A stretch of DNA of 64,000 nt from the IMG/VR virus record IMGVR_UViG_3300045988_098456; one strand, given 5' to 3'. The translations under genes were made by a program, and so were the position numbers. A model generated the notes under the pieces. That model did not search any database. It was not told the origin of the DNA and saw nothing but the letters and a program-made list of their open reading frames with translations. The DNA comes from a virus. Every line of letters starts with the position of its first letter. Positions within the stretch are counted from its first letter, which is position 1. This document shows positions 61,276 through 64,000 of this stretch, one piece after another.

Positions 61276-61449
61276 ATGACCGATGCAGAATTTAATAAGT
61301 TTGTGCTTATGCTAGAGAACGAAGCGTTTCGGTTTTCGAGAAGCCAAAACGAATTTAAGGAACATCGAGTAGTGATAGAACAGTCTTTCAAGATAGGAGG
61401 GATGTTCATTCTTCGAGAGTTGGAAAAGTATTTTAATCAAAAGAAGTAA
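61276..61449 (+). CDS. Hypothetical 57-aa protein
   Basis: Hand-translated. Confidence 0.3.
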   Translation: MTDAEFNKFVLMLENEAFRFSRSQNEFKEHRVVIEQSFKIGGMFILRELEKYFNQKK

Positions 61450-61453
61450 GCGT

Positions 61454-61591
61454 ATGATATTATATGATAATCAATGTTTTGAGCTTTTAAAAGCTCTGTG
61501 TTATAGTGTTCCACAGAATCCAAATGTCGGTAGGTTTGAGATTGCAAACGTTATACTTGACACATTACAAAAAATAAAAGATGCGGATTAA
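61454..61591 (+). CDS. Hypothetical 45-aa protein
   Basis: Hand-translated. Confidence 0.3.
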   Translation: MILYDNQCFELLKALCYSVPQNPNVGRFEIANVILDTLQKIKDAD

Positions 61592-61618
61592 CAGCTTTCG
61601 GGCACAAATTTAAAGATA

Positions 61619-61795
61619 ATGACAAAGGAAGAAATATTGGAAAAGGCATCTGATTTTGAGGATGAAGATGAGTTTGTGAAGTGTGATAGATTGCCGTTCA
61701 CTGAAGAATTGTGGCTTTTACATCAGCTAGTGTATATCGGCTTGTCTTGCACCTATACAGGTCGTGGCTATATAATTGAAAAACTTAAAGATTAG
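61619..61795 (+). CDS. Hypothetical 58-aa protein
   Basis: Hand-translated, behind a junction motif. Confidence 0.3.
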   Translation: MTKEEILEKASDFEDEDEFVKCDRLPFTEELWLLHQLVYIGLSCTYTGRGYIIEKLKD

Positions 61796-61799
61796 TAAA

Positions 61800-62576
61800 A
61801 TGGAAGCGAATGATTATTTGAAGGCTATGCAAGCTATGGACGAATTGGATAGACTTGTAACTAGTGTTTATCCGGATAAGTTCAAGTTGGTCTGCAAGAA
61901 GCATGGAATAGATGAATGCGAGGCGATGAACATGTATTCGTACTTGCAAAAGATGCATAAAGGTCAGTCTTGGTTAGTTAGATACAAGCCATTGGAATAT
62001 CTAGAGCGTGTGTTAACACTAGCCAAAGAAGCTTATGCGTCTTACATGAACAACGGCTTGATTCTAAGTATGGTCAATTTTGGTGATAAGTATACAAGAA
62101 TACTTGTAATATTTGAGAAAGATGGCGTAAGAAGCCAACAAGAATTTGACCTTAGAGAGCAAAGAACATATGTTGATATAGCGGACTTTATTGGAAATGG
62201 TTACTCCATCGTATCTGTTATCCGTCAGTCTGACAATGTTGATAGCGAAAAGTTTGTTGGAGAAAAGGATGAGCGAAGTCATCGTATTCCTATTTACGAT
62301 GGTGACGTAATGCTTTGTTACGTGAATAAACCGGAATTTTGGAGTTCAGATTGGCGTAATAGCGGACTTTATATTTGCGAGAGCGGCTCATATCATAGAT
62401 TGCTATACACCCCGAATAAGGGGTACGTAAGACATGGAGAGCCTGATGTAGATGAAGACTTCACCCTTGATATTGGGGAAGAATCCTTCAGTAGTTATGT
62501 TATGACTTTGAGTCAGTCTTGGTATAAGTTGGGTAATGTTCATGCAGGTATAGGCTTTTTGAAGGAGAAAGAATAG
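61800..62576 (+). CDS. Hypothetical protein
   Basis: Start trimmed to MEANDYLKAM. Confidence 0.5.
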   Translation: MEANDYLKAMQAMDELDRLVTSVYPDKFKLVCKKHGIDECEAMNMYSYLQKMHKGQSWLVRYKPLEYLERVLTLAKEAYASYMNNGLILSMVNFGDKYTRILVIFEKDGVRSQQEFDLREQRTYVDIADFIGNGYSIVSVIRQSDNVDSEKFVGEKDERSHRIPIYDGDVMLCYVNKPEFWSSDWRNSGLYICESGSYHRLLYTPNKGYVRHGEPDVDEDFTLDIGEESFSSYVMTLSQSWYKLGNVHAGIGFLKEKE

Positions 62577-62597
62577 AAGAGTAAAAGGAGAGGAATA

Positions 62598-62939
62598 TCA
62601 TTTCCCCTCCTTTGCCTTAATCTCCAGCTCGATAGGCTTGCCGCAATGAGGGCAGATGATAGCCGGAGATTGCGGAATGGATGGCTGCTCTGGTTGAACC
62701 TTTTGCAATGGCTCATCTGTAAGAAGTTGCCAATCCTCTACATTTAATGCAATAGCAATTTGATGCAAAGAATCTATGCTAGGAGTTGTTTTTCCATTTA
62801 CTATAAGTGAAATAGCATTAGCGGTTACTCCTATTGCATCTGCTAATGATTTAGCCTTCATTTGTCGTAAATCTAGATAATACTTAATGCGTTTACTTAT
62901 ATTAATAAGGTATTCGCTTTTAATGTTGCTTTTTATCAT
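62598..62939 (-). CDS. CI-like repressor: XRE HTH plus C-terminal zinc ribbon
   Basis: MKAKSLADAIGVTANAISLIVNGKTTPSIDSL and ICPHCGKPIELE. Divergent from the promoter at 63101. Confidence 0.7.
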   Translation of the reverse strand: MIKSNIKSEYLINISKRIKYYLDLRQMKAKSLADAIGVTANAISLIVNGKTTPSIDSLHQIAIALNVEDWQLLTDEPLQKVQPEQPSIPQSPAIICPHCGKPIELEIKAKEGK

Positions 62940-63100
62940 AAAGTAATATTTTGATTATTTAGGCGCAAAGGTACAAAGAAATAAAGTAATAATGTGCTAA
63001 AATCTGTAAAAAGTAAGTAATAATTAGATAACAAAGGTTAAAAATAAAGTAAAATATTGATTTTTCTCTCAAAACATTTGGTTATTATCCAAAAATTACT

Positions 63101-63108
63101 TACCTTTG
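63101..63108 (+). promoter_or_regulatory. -7 promoter box tacctttg (early promoter next to the repressor gene)
   Basis: TAnnTTTG. Confidence 0.55.
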
Positions 63109-63126
63109 CAATGTCTTTAAGAGATA
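63109..63126 (+). promoter_or_regulatory. Candidate operator caatgtctttaagagata, copy 2
   Basis: Identical to 7661..7678. Confidence 0.45.
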
Positions 63127-63196
63127 AAGGCTTTAAAGTTTAACTATTAATTGCTGTTATACAGCCGAGTCGGCACTCGTAAAACGGTTTGAGGAT

Positions 63197-63535
63197 ATGA
63201 CTACTTCAATTAAGAACAAGATGAGAAAGGTAATGCAGTTGGCACATAGAGCCTATCAGTTGAAATCAAGTTCAATGTCTTGGGTTGAGTGCTTGAAACA
63301 GGCTTGGCAGGTCGTAAAGCTTGAGGCAGCGATGAAGACCAAGGTAGTAGAGTTCTTTTTTATGAAGATGAATGGTGAGGTAAGACAAGCCTTTGGTACT
63401 CTCCTTCAGAGCCACATTGACTACACTCCAAATGGTACTGGTCATGCAGCATCAAGAGATTGCATCCGATATTGGGATGAAGAAAAGGGCGCATGGAGAC
63501 AATTCAAGGCTTACAACTTCTTGCGAGTTGCATAA
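63197..63535 (+). CDS. Hypothetical protein, DUF2693/SH3-like
   Basis: VVEFFFMKMNGEVRQAFGTL...IRYWDEEKGAWRQFKAYNF. Call made from memory only. Confidence 0.4.
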   Translation: MTTSIKNKMRKVMQLAHRAYQLKSSSMSWVECLKQAWQVVKLEAAMKTKVVEFFFMKMNGEVRQAFGTLLQSHIDYTPNGTGHAASRDCIRYWDEEKGAWRQFKAYNFLRVA

Positions 63536-63629
63536 AGATATATACACGTTCTAAGATGTTTGGCGAGGCTTTAATAGGGGTGAGCCTTTAATCACCCCTT
63601 TAGTTAAGGACTTTTAAAGTATTTGAGAT

Positions 63630-63878
63630 ATGGAGACAATCGCTAAGTGTTTGAAAGAAGTGTTCTACAAAGGGCATCATATAACCAAGGTGGAGGACGT
63701 TTTTGGTCAGGTTGCCGTTCGCATTGATAATGTAGTTGAACCGGACTACATAAGCATAGCAGAGGCGAAACGAGTAATCAATGGTAAAGCCCCAAAGTGG
63801 TTTAATGATGGCTATATGTGGGACGAAGCCAGCAAGAAGGTAGTAAAAGACCCTAACGCTTTCCGATGGGAGGAGTAA
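63630..63878 (+). CDS. Hypothetical protein
   Basis: 82-aa ORF. Confidence 0.45.
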   Translation: METIAKCLKEVFYKGHHITKVEDVFGQVAVRIDNVVEPDYISIAEAKRVINGKAPKWFNDGYMWDEASKKVVKDPNAFRWEE

Positions 63879-63913
63879 GAAAAGATAAGGTAAAGAACTT
63901 AATACAATTGGTT

Positions 63914-64000
63914 ATGGAAAAGTTTATCAATGATGGTGGTTATGTCTTCGAGAAAACAAATGAGTTTCCGGATGGCTATGAGATTTGGGCGATTGGTCGA
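63914..64000 (+). CDS. Hypothetical protein, 5' fragment (runs off the window)
   Basis: ATG at 63914. The frame is open to the end of the window. Confidence 0.3.
   Translation, partial: MEKFINDGGYVFEKTNEFPDGYEIWAIGR

Larger units (their letters stand above)
49..64000. mobile_element. Integrated temperate tailed phage (prophage); left junction at the tRNA, right end not reached
   Basis: The integrase lies next to the tRNA 3' end. Terminase, portal, tail, lysis, repressor and many small phage-type genes are present. The same promoter/leader motifs recur from 3.9 to 63 kb. Confidence 0.8.

Noticed and set aside
1-64000. CRISPR arrays, rRNA genes, complete tRNA genes inside the prophage, and a second copy of the tRNA 3' end (attR)
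   Set aside because: A scan by eye found no regularly spaced repeat array and no further tRNA-like cloverleaf. There is no repeat of ggttcgaaccccaacggaatca, so the right prophage boundary is outside the window.

Overview
The window is almost entirely one integrated temperate tailed phage in a Bacteroidota-type host (Bacteroides/Prevotella-like). The host call rests on TAnnTTTG -7 promoter boxes, the absence of Shine-Dalgarno sites, and a Bacteroidota-style integrase. The window opens in the 3' part of a tRNA-Arg(TCT), which is followed directly by the tyrosine integrase. The right prophage end is not reached.

Modules from left to right:
- 0.3-3.3 kb: integrase and a solo TnpB.
- 3.3-15 kb: early and accessory genes. 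These include a PAPS-reductase/ParB/PAPS-reductase trio, an HTH-sigma4-alphaCTD fusion protein, and a RelA/SpoT-type alarmone synthetase next to an alarmone hydrolase.
- 15.2-19.7 kb: packaging genes (TerS candidate, TerL carrying an intein, portal).
- 19.9-30.8 kb: tail-tip and fibre genes, containing a complete diversity-generating retroelement (VR, TR, RT).
- 31-38.3 kb: mostly minus-strand genes. These are a PNKP-type phosphatase, a 7-gene operon of unusual unknown proteins, and two paralogous HTH regulators.
- 38.5-40.5 kb: lysis cassette.
- 41-64 kb: a long array of small early genes. It includes RNase H, Dcm and Dam methyltransferases, an IscB nuclease with its upstream omega-RNA region, a roughly 430-nt structured non-coding region, YopX and a CI-like repressor.

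The items most worth follow-up are:
- the TerL intein, whose HNH endonuclease is encoded out of frame while the intein frame stays open;
- the phage-borne IscB/omega-RNA unit;
- the DGR, which has no recognisable Avd;
- the unassigned structured RNA at 51.2-51.6 kb;
- the SAS/SAH pair;
- the minus-strand operon;
- several recurrent regulatory motifs.

No capsid, tail-tube or tape-measure gene is recognisable between the portal and the tail-tip genes. All functional calls come from motifs read by eye. No database search was run.
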